From positions 12,090,001 to 12,154,000 of the forward strand of contig CM119383.1 in NCBI GenBank assembly GCA_051294905.1: a stretch of 64,000 nt of DNA. The letters run 5' to 3'. The stretch is from Botryllus schlosseri (lineage: Eukaryota). The notes under the pieces are model-generated. The model was not told the DNA's origin, did not search any database, and saw nothing but the letters and a program-made list of their open reading frames with translations. A program made the position numbers and the translations under genes. How positions within the stretch are numbered: position 1 is the stretch's first letter; each line of letters begins with the position of its first letter. Positions 1 through 15,100 of this stretch are shown one piece after another.

Positions 1-136
1 ACTCCTCCACACCTTTCAGGCGTATTTTAAGCAGCGGTGGTTCTCAAGCATCAATCCGCCGCTTTGCATAACAACGAAACCCATCGCGCGAGATGCCAAG
101 CGCACAAAGCATACAAAGAAAAAGAAAACAGCCATG

Positions 137-3100
137 CTAGCATTCCGACGGCGACTGTCTCGAATCACTCGTAGGCGACGCTGCGTCGGGCGCCTGATTC
201 GCGTCGGCCACAGACCTTTTGATGATCCGCTCTAAATACTTGCGAGAGTTGATCTCTTCTTCCAGCTTCTCATGGAATTTTCTTTGCTCCTGAAAACGTG
301 AAGCGAATGGTTAGCTGAGTAGAAGTGGGCCGTAAATTTCTACTCTATTACTAGTAATACTAGTGACAGGGTAAGCAGAGTAGAAGTTATGCCATAAATT
401 TATACTCTATTACTAGTACAAGTGACTCGTTAAACATAATGAAAAGGCACAAAAGGGACTGAAGAAAGTAATTTCAAAAAGAAGATTTGGTCGAGAGGAC
501 GAGAACTTTGTTAGCAGTTAATCGGAGGTGGGTAGTTTCAAAATGGCGAGATGCTTCTTTGTGACCAACGCCAACCGTATGACGAATGACACTGCAAACT
601 GGCGCCATTTTCGCAAGCATATTCAGTTTCTGTGATACATAAGGTCTACTTCACCAGGTTCTTAGTTCTTACGCTAGTTGCACGTTCCGCATTACAGCGG
701 CGACCGACTCAGGTCTACCATAAGATCTGCGATAGCAGGTCCTTTTCCGTGTCTACCTTGCAAAACATGAGTAACTACGAATAAAGAGTGTGCGGAACAA
801 AATATAATATCGATGTCTTCATGAATTCAACAAGAAACACACATCGTCACTAAAATAACTTACAGCAATAAATTCACAATTTCCTGTCTAATCACGCAAA
901 ACCGATCACAACCATACCATGATAAATTACAACACCGACGTCACCGAAAAAACCAGCATGCGATTATTACTGTAGCGAGCAATGATTACGCATTGCGCAT
1001 GCGTGAAGAAAGTGCCTACCTTGACAAGCATGGTGACTTGGTCTTTGAGGTCATATACAGTGTCGACAAGGCTCCTATTTGCGAGACAAAATACAATCGT
1101 TACACGAATAATCACCGGGACCCAGTCGCTCGATCTTACTTTTCCTCGAGACCTCCGTCAGCCGCGTCTTCCACGATTATTTTCTCTTCCAAAATTGAGG
1201 TCTGTCTCGGCTTCGTTCCAGGCAAATGCACTAAAGAAGGAATATGGCAGTGCTCGTTACTCGATCACCATCCTATTCTCTCTCTACACATACTAGTCAT
1301 CCTTTAAGATGTTTAATGAATCAAGATAAATGTAGATGCTTGTTGATGACTAGCACCTTGATACAACCAAATACTCCCGAAAACCAGGCCCAGTAATGTA
1401 AGCAGTATTATAATGTGAAATTTGAGTGATATACCAACAAGCCTGTACGTCACAAGGCAGGTATCTTTCGTTTCTTCCTACAACTGCAAGTGTATGGCTA
1501 AAAGAGGAGCCAGTCTATCCTTCAAACCAGAATTTACGGGACAGACGCATCATTTTGTTCGGGTGTGAAAGGTTACTCGCAGCCAGAAAGCTCGAGGAAA
1601 TTGCGATCATGGACTTTAGGACAGTTACGTATCAGTGGTAGTGTTGGAAACTATCATGGCATTTCATTGTCAGATACGAGTTAAATTCAGATCAAAGTTA
1701 GATAGATATCCGAATGGGGATTTCGTCGCATTCCGATATTTTCACACTATTCTTTTACTAAATAAAAGGCAGAATGGCATTTTTGGAGCATAATGGGAGG
1801 CGTGGAGATGAAATTAATAGCCAATCGGCATGTACTTGAACTAAGACACTTTTACTTCCTAAAGTATCTAGTAATATTGTTCAAAATCGATGGTTCTCAT
1901 GAAATCATTGTCTTCAGTCAGTCTCCAATGTCTAGTGACTTGAAAATGCAGTTCAACAGTGCAGTTTTTCTACAACTACATTTTCTCAGAACAGTCGAAC
2001 AAAACAGATCATTTGATAGATCGTCAAGGTCTTACGAAATTCATTGCAGTAAGGGTCAATATATATACTGCAAGCCTTTCAGGGCTTGACAGGACAAGTA
2101 TCTGCTCAAATCAAGCTTTACAATGGTAACAAATCACCAATTACTAACAAAGACGAGTTCGGCCACCGAGTAGAATAAAAAGCATTCAAGTCAAGTGCAT
2201 ATCTTCAATAAAGATACGAAAGAATACACACCAACACCAAATTGGCGCACCTATTGCATCCTCGAGAGTATTACTCACTACATCTTGTTATTACTGATGA
2301 CCTTACCTCAAATATATCAAAACACATTACCAATAATAATGACATCACAAATGACTACCAGTTTAGTATTCCAAAACAGACACCAAAGTAGCAAAATGAT
2401 CTCGACCATTTTCCTGGTGTAAGCAATCCATGCCACACAACACAGATGTACATATATTCAATTGAATAAAAATACCAGGAACGACATTATACAAAGCTGA
2501 CCTCCGAATATTGCTAGTATGGTTATAATCACCAACATTGTACGGCGATACTAGCAATCTCAAGTCCAAAACACACGACACTATAACAAAAACAGTTACC
2601 TCTCGCTGCGTTAGAACTGGCACCATGTACATCCCGATGATAACTCATTTCCAATAATCCCCGCAATATAGCAGTTTGAACACGACGTTCACACAAAACA
2701 CGGTAGCATATCAATATGACCAAAGAGCTCTCAAACAAAACCTTCCTTCCTGTACACAATCACACAATAGCAGTTCAATGAAGATCGGATCAGCGTGCAA
2801 AAATGAGATGCATTGCTTTCGACTACAGGAAGCGATACCGCATGACGTGACATTGCATAAAGGTCAGAACCCTGGTGACAGCAGCCAATCGAACAAAATA
2901 TCAGAACTTCATCGGTCCGCATTAGATTCCTAGTAACATGAAGTAACGCGTAGCATCATGTCGTGAAACAAAATGATCATGAGCTTGATCTGCATGATTT
3001 TATAAAACTGCATAAGATGCCGCACAGTGAGTCACGAGGTTTAATGTACCAACTGAAGACACAATCAACTACCATACTTACACCTAGATAATTCTAATTG

Positions 3101-6100
3101 TCTAATTACTACGAAATGACGTCAATCTAACTCTTAATCCAATTGGTCAAATGTTTCTATGCTCTAATTTTAATTCTAATCTAATTTCTTGTTATCCTGA
3201 ACTGTATAGCGAAAAGAACCAAGCTTGACGTATGGCGTAAAGCTTTGTTACCATTCTTATACGTATGAGAATAAAAACTGATTTAATTCCTTGATGTTAG
3301 TTGCATTTCTTTGTGCAATTTCAGTAATTCTAATTCTTAATTAACTTTGAAAATCTGAAAATGTCCTAGTTGCTGACTCTGGCTACTATACATCCACAGG
3401 CACCGCCGACTACTAATCAAACATTTGCAATAGCCGACGTCCCGACGGCGTGCTTGAATATTCGAAATCTGATACTACAAAGTCTGCAAATTTGCCAGCT
3501 CAGATTTACGACAGCAAATCAAACACCTGAAGTCGTGACACGTCAGTGTTACCGTTTAGAGTCATCAAATTGTGGAAAAGTGGTCGTGTTGCAGGAAAAT
3601 CCGCGCACCAGTGATGCATTATTCATGTCCTGTCTCCTTAACAGCAGTCATATGACTCTGCAGATACATCTGGTGTGTGCCACATGATTAGCTGAACACC
3701 GCATATGCTTAATAAGCTAATTGGCACCGGTGGGGCAATAAATACACCATTACAATGCCCTTAAGGCATCATTCCACAAAACATTGGTTTCTGACTATAA
3801 ATTAGTTCTAGGCACAAGCATAGCGTAAGAGGTAATCGGATATCTATAATTGCCTCACAGCACAGCGGACCCTGCCAAATCCCACTCCAAACCACTATAC
3901 CCAAAGAGGCTTATCTTAGTTAGAAATCAACATGGCACTTGAGATCGGAATCATCCCACTTGATCATGCAAATGACGGTAACTATAGCCTTCCAGAAAAA
4001 AGCTCAACAATACCTACGCTACATCTACACCGCTACTATAAACACTGCACTAACAAGTCAGGGAATCCAAAACTAGATAAAGTGCAACACTAATCCAATA
4101 ACGTTTTCTAGTAACCATTTTCTGCTTTACTGTATCCCCACAAAGACTAACTTCAGATACAAAGTGTCTTAAGAAGTTATGCCTTTTCAAGAAACACAAC
4201 ACAAATCACTACTACAGAGTAATACTTGGATAGCGGGGTAAAACCATAACCTTCAGTAAACCATATAATTGGGTTACAGAAGCTGTACGGTGGGTTTGTA
4301 TATAGCACAAAAACGAAATTCTAACTGCTTGGGATTACTGGTTCCACAGTCGTTATTGCCCAGTTACTGAGTATTCTATTCACATAGGAATGAATAAACA
4401 AAAGAACCAACTGTTGAGATCACCAATTGGTATTCATAAAATTGTTTAATAGTTTCCCCATCAATCATATGAAAGTTCAAAAACAAAAACACCAAACCCC
4501 TAACAATGCAAGGCGCTGTATATTATAGGATGCCCAAGTATATCAGACTGCCCACTAATCAATAACACTGCAAAAAGATTATTATCAATCCATACAGACT
4601 GGCGCTTGTTGATTGTTCCCAGACATTTTGGTGTCTGCTAACCAAGCTAACCTAAGCATAACCCCAACCCAAGCTGACTTCACTTCAAGCCTAATCATAA
4701 CCCAAGCTAACCCAGCTCTAACCCTAATCTCAACCAAAGCTAAATTAACCCTAACGTTAACTCAAGAAAACCCTGACCCTTTCGCAAGCTAAATCTAACG
4801 CATCCATAACCATTGGGCAGCTAGAAATCATTGTAAACAACCTAGAAGCACCGATACACCAGATATCTAGATATCTCTGCTACAGACTTACTAATTTCAC
4901 TTTACAACTTTTAGCCAATTAAACATGTCGTCGATTGAAGGTTTCCAGACCACTGTGCTATCTCCTAAACAAGCCATTTCCATACTTGTCTAGATATGCA
5001 TATCTGGAAATGTTACATCATCTTGAGTTTACAAATTTCAAGTATTAGGGATCAGCAAACAATAAACTCCCATAATACAATCAGGATCAGCAACAGGCTA
5101 ACTTATGTATCCTCTCGACCTCGCTTTTTGGCAACACAAAACTAAACTAATCATTAGTGAACTGCAGCTCTATATTAGTCACTAGAAAACCAGACAGCGA
5201 CCAGCAAATTCTACAGCCATCAATAGCCGAAAACAGTGAATAACAGGCAAAATCTGACATATATGCACAACATAATTAGCATGAATCATACGTTGGTTAA
5301 ATTTGCCACCAGCAGCAAGAAATACCTGTCACCATCAAAGAATTCATGCATACAGTGTGATAGATTGCTTCCCAGTGTACAAAGAAGATTACACTGCCAA
5401 AGCTACATCATAATAACGAAAGTAACAAATCGAAATTTATCAGCAATAATATCTCGTGGGCTATTCCAAACACTGGACTATGCTGCCAAAAATCTAAGTA
5501 TGACTTAAATTTCAGTAGCATATTGAAATACGAACAAAGAAGCTAACCTGCCTGGCTTTCAACACAAAATAGACTCGGAATTTTCAATCAATTAGAAAAT
5601 ATCAGACATCTCATAGGCCCAATTCACAACAAAACTTTCCAGTGACTAAGATCACGTCATTTAGTGCTTATTTAAAATATTGATTAAGGCTCATGCGTCG
5701 AAGAATTGATAGTCATTGTACAGGATTAAATAGTCAATATTCTGTAATTTATGGATCCGGAGCAGTATGTGATTCATTCTTTACAAAAGTTTAAACTAAT
5801 ACCTGACCAGTTCTCCAAACCGTAGTCGGTATACATTCTCGATTTCAAGTTTCCGAGTCATTAAGGATTTGTCAATCATAAGTCTAATGAAACAAGTTCA
5901 GTAGGATTCCAAACATTGGACGCATGAAACAAAGAAATTCAGTTTGGATAAGGATTTCAGAAGACTGAAACATCCAAGAATACTCACAAGATAAAGCATC
6001 ATTCAACAATCAAGTCCAGGCTATACCCGAATTTCATACCATACCAAAGGCGTTTATCAGCAAAAAAGTATTTCGACTACCAACCACCACTACCCAATAC

Positions 6101-9100
6101 CAGCTTGAGAATAATCAGTTATGAAAATGCACACAGAAATAGAAGGCAAGCCACTTTATACATCTGTCTCTGTCTGGAGTTCAAGAAAACCTTCACACAT
6201 CTCATTATGCTTGAAGGGCAAAATGCCACAAAGAGGCATCATTCGAAAATTGCTATATTAAAGCCCTTCTACCGTGTATGACGGAATGAACGTTCACTAA
6301 CAAAATCTCCAAGATAGCAAAGGAGGATTATTTGCAATGTTTAACAGAAACCGATAAACTTTACCCTATCCACAAAAATCAGGATACTAAATTGCCACGG
6401 GTGCAAATTTTTGGACCGGAATTTCGAGTTAAGATCAATGGTTCCCAAACTTTTTTGGCTTGTGGCACACTAAAAAAAACACACTTATTTATGTGAACAT
6501 ACTTCTAAAACAATGCTGCATTGTTGACAAGTTTACATACCAATTGCAAGCAGTCTCTATCGTGCACAGCTTTCAATTCCAGGCAAAACAAAGACAGCTA
6601 CGTTCACATAGTCGTGGAGATGCACATGACAATAAAATTCTGATTGAAATCCTCTACCATGGGTGCAAAAGCAAAGGAGACAGCCGTAATGCATCCGTTT
6701 TTGTGAGAACAGTGTTTCAAAAATGAGGCATTTCCTAAATCAACGAGCTGTTTTACTACAGAACGATTTCCTGATTCAATGCTTCCAAATGGGCTAACCA
6801 CCCATCTAAAGTTGTGAAAAACAAATACAGAGAAGTAATATTGCATTGAAAGTTGAAGTGCGCAGTGCCAATTGAAAACACCATTCGATATGGGCAGTCC
6901 GCATAAAAACCGAGCATCAGCCACACGAATATGAAGAGTTATCACAAGTGTGAGAATTCATGTTACGCCACGCATGCCCGACAGTCAAGACACGCAAAGA
7001 CCCGCTGACACACTTACCGGGGCCTCTCGAGTTGACGGGGTGACAGTAGTACTTGAGCACTTCCAGGACTTCTTGCTCGTCCGGAACGCGGGCAGCTGTT
7101 ATACAAGACAACAGTTTGAAAGAGCTGCAGAAATAACAAACTCAAGATGCAAAACAGTGATCGAATGATTGTCAGCGCTGATAGTAAGGTCTGAAGAAAA
7201 ATTGGTATTAATGAAATTTTAGCGTTTGTTTTGGGTCAAAAACATTTGCTGTAATAATGAACACGCAATGAAATCGGCAGAAACGAGCAAACTTAGCATT
7301 TTCGAGTCGAAATTAAGATTCAACACCAAGTCGAAATCGAAAATTGATTTCGTATTGTGTCAATATCCGAGTCTGAAATTATGAGACGTCTTAAAGTCCA
7401 AATCCGGTTTAAAGATGGCCCTAACATTATATCTCATACAAATCGGGCCAAAATCTGCAAATCCGGATTTATCAAATCCCAAACCATGTTTATATCTGCT
7501 GAAAGCTGGACATTCCTATGCACAAAGGTGTTTAGTCGAGCTTTCACCGGCAGGCTTATCCGAAAAATTTTGCTTCACGTTTCAAAACTGTAAAACACGA
7601 CCTCAATGGGATGCGAAACCAAGAAGTAATATATCGTTGGATTCACAATTTTAACGCCCAGCCAACTACACAATGAAGCTAGACGAGAGCAGGGCGACCG
7701 AGCGTGTATATAATCAAGAATACGAACCTTGTTGTGAAAACGGACAAGTTTTGGTTACTTCCTCATAGAGTCCACAACGTATGCCTAGTGCGAATAAATA
7801 CGTGCTATTCACTGCGACAGAGATTACTTCTTTCAAACAAGCCACGAGTGACCGCTTTTGCTCAAATAGTTCGATCGATACTATCAACACATGGTAGAGC
7901 GTTTCAGACTGCATGTTTACGGTGAAACGCTCTAAAATATGGTGATATATACACGCACGATTGCCCTGCTCTCGTATAGCTTTGTGGCGTAATTGGTTAG
8001 GCGTTGAAATTCTGAATTCCACGATATATTACTTGTTGGATTCGCATCCCATTGAGGTTGTGTTTCACAGTTTTGAAAAGTGAAGCAAAATTTTTCAGAA
8101 AAACCGTAGGCGAAAGTCAGTTCAGCGTCAATAAACTACTGAAAATAGCCGTGCCAGCGATCGCATGAACCTACGAGACCATCCACAATGCCCATATTGG
8201 GACTTGATTTCTGCCGGAGAACACAAGTTTTTTTTAGGAACTCGGCCATTAAATTTTTGCATCACCCGTTTTCTTTACAGATTCACGAACTAGCATGCAC
8301 AAGTGTCAGTCTAAAATGAATGAAAATAAAAAAAATTGCGTTCATTCCAGCATAGAAACAACGTGCGCCAGCACATACTCAAAATTATACGTTAGTGATT
8401 GGTTTACAATGAATAGAGCACACGAAGCAGCCTGTCAACTTGCTTAAAAGACCACAGGTGGTCAGCAATGAAATACTTTTACTCTTTCAGAGTACTCAAA
8501 TTTTGAGCTTGCACTGCTTACTGAAGACTACTTGCACTTATACAGCCTACTCAAACAGTTTTTTTTAGTCAAGACTACTCACTTTTACCTACTCGGATTC
8601 TCACAGACTAAAATAGTTTTAGAACAAGTTTACATCGATTTTACGAGCGAAATTGTCAGAAGAACTGCACGAAACGGCTCCTATATCACGGCATCAAAAG
8701 AGATTTTCGAAGACTTGCAGGTATTCATAGTGTATTTAGCCATTTTGCATTAGTCAGGAATATGCATATCGCATTTAAAAAGTAGTACTTTTTGGAACTA
8801 CTTCTTCTCCTGTAGCTACGGCATACTTTGAAAATCGCGATCGGCTAATTCCAATACAATTTAAAAACCAAAAATTTCAAAAATACTACAATACCAAAAA
8901 ATAAATGTGGAAAATGAAGCCATTAGAGTTGATGATTAGCATTATAATAAAAAAACAAGCATTCGCGAGAGCATTGAAGTCCAATCTGAAAATCCCTTTT
9001 TACATTAAACCATACACCTTCAAAGTACCCTTTTCACTATTTTTTTTCTATAAAGCAGAATGCTAATGGATTTTTGTCATTTTTAAATCCGCCCCCAAAA

Positions 9101-12100
9101 ATTATTTTCTCGTCTGTAGCTTTTTTACATTTAGTTTAGAATTTTTTCAATTTCTCGGCGACAGAACAATTAGACATTTTCATTGGTTCTCTACCATCGC
9201 TGTAGCACGGAATATTGATTATCAAGGCCTTTCCCCATGCGGCGCCACCTAGTGACAAGAAAATTTCAAATCGCATGATCTTTGGAACCTCTGAAAATTA
9301 TTTAAAGTTTTTTTTATTTACTCGGAATCAAAAAAAAATATGTGCAGATGTTGGAGAATTCCGAGGGTACGCATTACGCAGAGGAGGAACTGAGATTTAT
9401 CAACCGATTTCAAAAAAACGTGCAACACCGCAGGCAAAACAACACAAATCAAACCGCCACAGGCCAAATGCGCGCTATCACCTGACTCTGTAAATCGATC
9501 ACTGTCTTCGTCGATAGTCTTACGGTAGTCTGGCTTTTTGCTTTTGCCTTTTCCCCGTCTCGTCGATTTCGGGCTTTTGGGGTTGTCACGGCCGCCGAAG
9601 AGGTGTCGCAGGGGCGCGGCCGGCCGTAACGACAGTATGCGATGATTCTTGTCTGACTTCGCCCCCGGCGGGTAACAGTAGTTCGTCGTAACTGACAAAA
9701 AATGGAAATTCAAAAGACTGCATATTTCCTTCACATGCCTTGTACAATAGGGTTGTTCAAAAATTGCTTTTTTTCCCAAATTTTACTGGCTGTACATCAA
9801 TTTTGCCCCAATTCAAACCAGTAGAAGCTAAGCTATTGATGTTCAAAATTTAGGATTTCAAATCATAGTATTTACGGTGGGCAGACCTGTAATAAATAAT
9901 TGAAGAATTCGCCTACGCAAATACTATTTTTTTCAGGCAACCTGACAATTTCCAATGATTCAACCAAGTCACGAGGTCCCGAGTCACAAGTCAATCTCAC
10001 TTTTATAGTTTTGACTTGAGTACGAGTCCAAATCAGCGAGTAAAGGGTCGAGTACGAGTCATTGTGTTCGCTTTTCAGTTCAACCCATTTTTAAATCTGC
10101 TCGAGTGATATAGAATGGCTCGCATTCATAATACCGTAGTTTTGCTCAGTCCCGACAGTTTCTGGCCCGATTTTCCAAGTTGCAGGACTGACAGACGAAA
10201 TACCCGGGGTCAGGGGTAAAACCGTGAGCAACTAGTAAAAAATTGGAAAGAACATTCCAAATCAACAAATATACGATGTACTTTTCAATTCTCTACTAGT
10301 TGCTGACGATCACCCCTGACGAGTTTCAGCCGAAAATATTCAGGTTTATTTCAATATGAATATCAGATGTCATTCCATTGTAGATTTCATCGAGGGGTGA
10401 AGGGGTCACATAGTTTTACAGTTGATCGGGGACGGCTACTTCAGAAATTGCAAGACGTGACTTAGCAACCAGCACAAAATGTCCCCGGGAACACAGATTG
10501 AGGATGGGAACACTAATCGATGTAGATAAGAAAGTGTTGCTTACCGTGCATGCCTGGTTTGGAGATCAATGGCGGAGAAATAGCTGGCGGAGACGACAGC
10601 TCAGGCGTGGTCCGCTCTTGTCTGGCGATTGGCTGAAAGATGACAAGCCCGTTAATGACGTAGTAAACTTTACGTATACTGCTGGAAGACAGAGACGAGA
10701 ATTTAATACGTTGAAATCAAACTCTGAATCAGCTCACATCTTTTAATAACGGACATTTCAGAAACCATTCCGTCTGAGGGGGACAAAAAACATCGCAGAG
10801 GTAGTTATTGTGTAAAAAATACCGCCAAGTAAACAAGACAACCAACGGAAGTGTCGCTAAATAAAAGAAACACTCTTCTGCCAACCACCGGCGTACTCCT
10901 TACCCCGGTAGTTTGAGGAATCTGCACCACGGGCACTTGACACGTGGCGATTGGCGACTGCCGGGGCTGCCTGCACTGCTCGCATTGCGACTTGAGCACT
11001 TGTAGCCAGCGCCTTTGCTCTTCCGTGGACCGCGTCACCACTATCTTGCTGTCGATGAGCGAGCCTGGAACAATACAAGGCTAGGTTTTACAGAGAGAGA
11101 GAGAGAAACTAACCGCAGCAAGCTGATTTTTTGATAGCTTTTAGGACCGCTAAAATATGCAATACGGGGAATCTTTAAAAACTAAAACCTCAGTGATAAC
11201 GCCCCAGAATAGACCCAAAATACTGTTGAACACAATTACCATTCATAGTATTTAGCTGAAGTCGTCTTAGTCAGCGTCTCTACTGAATTAGAAACAGAAT
11301 GTCATCAATTTCTACACTTTGCAAAAACAGAAGTAGCAATTTCTAAGACATGTCCAAACTTCTTCAAGTGGACGTATGAGACGCCTAAAAAGTCCTCGCG
11401 TAAGTAGTTTCATAAAGTGTATTCGGTCAAGAGTTCACATATTTTCCCATCTAATCCAGAGGTCTCAAACTCAAATGTGCTCGCGGGCCAATTTTCCAGT
11501 TTTTACGACGCCGCGGGCCGCAGCATCAATAAGGGTATTCCATGTCTTTCCAAGTAGGCCTTAGTTGACGGGATGAAATTGTCCTATTGGAAGTGAGCCG
11601 ATACAGCAGACTGACATTCAACACACATCATAAAAATGTTGTTTACTCTTGTATCAATTTAGGCCTGGCATGAAAAAAATCATCACATTTATAAGTATAT
11701 GAATAGAAGTGTTGTTGTACTTGATATATCAATTATAAGATATAGACATAACGTGAGCGGAAAAATATATATTGCTATCATAAAAGCTATCACGTTATAT
11801 TGCAGCTACTACGAATATTGTGAATTTAACCGACTGATAATAGAGACTGATCTGATATCACAGCATTTGGGGTTTAGGAGTGTAACCCAGTCCAGGATCC
11901 GGGTATACCCCTGATAAGTGGTTATTAAGCTCATGGTCAATTACCTTCGAATATCAGAGCGGAAAAATAACATAAATACAATAATGAATGTCATAGTTAT
12001 AGAAATTCCTTAACGCCGAACAACCCATGTTGATACATCGTTTGGAGCGTACCGCTACGGCACTCAGTACTTTTAAGTGGCCTCAATAACATGGTTTAGC

Positions 12101-15100
12101 GACCCAAGATGTAACTAATAGATTGCGAATGGTTGCCATAAATACTTGCTTAGTAAGCGAAATACCAAGCTGCGACCTTCTGATCTATTACTATTCCCAT
12201 GACTCCGTGTCCACTCGGGTCATTTTCGGGACTCCGTGTCCACTCGGGTCATTTTCATTTGGTCATCGAGTCAGCCTGAGTCCGAGTAATTCTAATAAAG
12301 GTCACGTCCAAGTCTAACTCACAAATTATTTCAGTCACGAATCGTCTATAAGCATAGTGCTGTAAACGACTATCGTCTAAGGGTCAAGGTGTATCATCAT
12401 GAATTGGAAATGTGGCGAAATAGTAAATATTCTGCTGCATGGGAGCGGATTGAAGTTTGATGAATAGTCTCAGGCTTTCGAGCAATTTAAGAGCGAATAT
12501 ATATGTGTGGCACTTATGTTGTGAAATTATTGAAAATCTAAAATGTCGTCGCGGGTCGCACAAAATGATCTGGTGGGCCGCGTGTTTGAGACCTCTGATC
12601 TAATCGAAGGTGGCCGCTTTCAAAATTACAGACGAATATCTTCGACTAACACAAAATAACTAATGACACTACAAACGTGTAGAATCTTCTAAAAAATATT
12701 ATTTGAAAAAATGATATTTAGAGAATATGTATTCAGTTGCCGTGACACAAGGGCTATTTCGCGTGGTTCTTACGACAATATCTTGAAAGTAATAAAAAAT
12801 ATTCATTCCAATTCTCTACTAGTTGCTGACGATTACCCTTGACTAGTGACAGCCGAAGATTTTCGGGTTCATTTCAAAATGAATATGCTACTCAACGATA
12901 CAAAAATATATGCAAAAACTATTTCCCTTTGAATTCCAAAGTGTAAAAAAATAGATTTGCCTAAAAATGGTGCAAGCAGGAATCCTTTTCTGGGGAAGCG
13001 CTTTTCGGAGTACTCAAGTACTCAGACCAAAGACCTCCTGCAAAACTTCCACTCTTACATGGCCTACAATATTTACTTTTCACATGCATGGAAATCGCTA
13101 ATTCTACTTATACTCGAGTAGAAACATACGACATCACTTCCGCATTACCGGGGTCTGACATTTCAAGCAACAATGACAGATTCCAGGCCCAAAAGAGTCC
13201 AAGTGTAACACGGACTGCGGAAGGTCAAAGTTCAACTTCGAAAAAAGCCGGTCACCCGTGATTTCGAACGCGTGCTGATACGTGGCAGTGTCGTCCAGAT
13301 GCTTCGCCTGTATTGCACTCAACGAGAGAAGGCACTCGTATCGGAACCCGGTCATGCGCGGCGACACCGACAGCATGATCAGACAATTTGGAAACAGTAG
13401 CAAATACCGTTCCTTCCGCTCCTGAGAAAAAATCGAAAAAAATATCATAAAAAAATCGAATTCTATCAATTTAAGTTCCGCCTGCCTGTGGAAATAAATC
13501 AACACATAAATGAATTTGAAGTAATTAAAAAATGTGACTTAATATCCTTCAGCTCGTGAAAATAATGTTCAATTGCATAATATAGCATATTGAAATAATT
13601 GAAAATCAAAATCTGGTAGCGCTTACGTCTGGACCGCTGAGTATGATCACCGACGACATGTACAACACCGTGCCATAGCTGGAGATGGAGTCGGCGTCCA
13701 GGCCTTGAATCGGGCTGGAGAGAATGTGGAGGATTGTCTCTTTGCGTTTGCGAGTTTCCTGGCACACGAGCTGAAAGGGCACAGCCGAGACGTCATGATA
13801 GAATCAGTCATCTCGTTGCATAGGTGAAAATCAGACAACGCTACAAAAGACTATGTAAAGAAATTGCTTGTTTTGGATGCAACACGAGATATTATACACA
13901 AAACAACACTTGGCACAATACTTATGGTATAATAACAATATCTCCTAAATGGAGATGACTATAATAAATAACTATATGACGATTTAGACCAACTCTGTCT
14001 GTAACAAAACAAAATTAACTTCACTAGGATTTTAAGGCAAAAAAAACTAGGCAACCTAAACTAAACTTCTAATTACAGGATGATGTTGCCATGCATCATC
14101 TGACACAGCCCGGTACCGCCAAGATACTAGGCTTGTTATTGAAGCATGCACAAATAAAGTAGGCCTACACAGTACACACTTACCGAAATTCGCTCGTACT
14201 CCGATATTGCTTGAAGAACGTTGATTTTATCACTGTGGCTGTCCTGGAAGAGAGAACAAAGCAAGTTTCGCCACCTAACAGACCGAGAACAACGGCATCG
14301 ATCGCACTTCTAAATGCCTTTCCAGCTCCCGCAGTAGATTCGAGTACTCTTCGAGATGACGAAAAGGATTGCTCAGGGCGGCGGTGAATTGTATGAAGTT
14401 AGCGTTGGGGTTGCTTTCCAGCTGCCTGGAATACGGGAGGAAACGCATTGGCATAACACGCTTCATCAAATAGACAACTACCAGATGTCTTTTCATGGGC
14501 AATCGATGCAATGCAATCCGAAATTAGCGGCAGATTTAAATTATAAATTTCATTAAATTTGGTTCACACTATAGATAGACAGAGATAGTCATTAGTGGCC
14601 ACTGTTTAGGAGAAAATAACTGATTTTCAATAACCTTGTGATTTCTACCCTTTTTTAATCACAGATCTATTTAAAAAAGTATACAGGGCCCGAACATGAC
14701 GATCACATTTGTGTCATAAGAGGTCAAAAGCACAGGTGAGCCTAAGATCAGCAACCCTGCCTTATACTGACATATTAAATTGAAAAATTTCATCATGTTT
14801 TCATTATCGAGCCAAAAATTGATATGGATGAGCATTAGAAAGGGTGCCTGGACATGTTGGTAATATGAAGGCCTAGCTCCCAGCTACTGAAAACCACAAC
14901 ACACAAAAATGATTGCGTAAGTTAACCATTCCATTGCAATTAGCAAATGGATTTTACATCCAAAATCACCTCTACATGAAGCAGATTGACTTTAATGATA
15001 GAGCTGTAGACAATTTGATTTTACATTATTAAACATCAAAATCAAAGTCGATTTTTATATCACTTCGTTACAGAAAAATTCCAAAAATAACTTCTATTTC

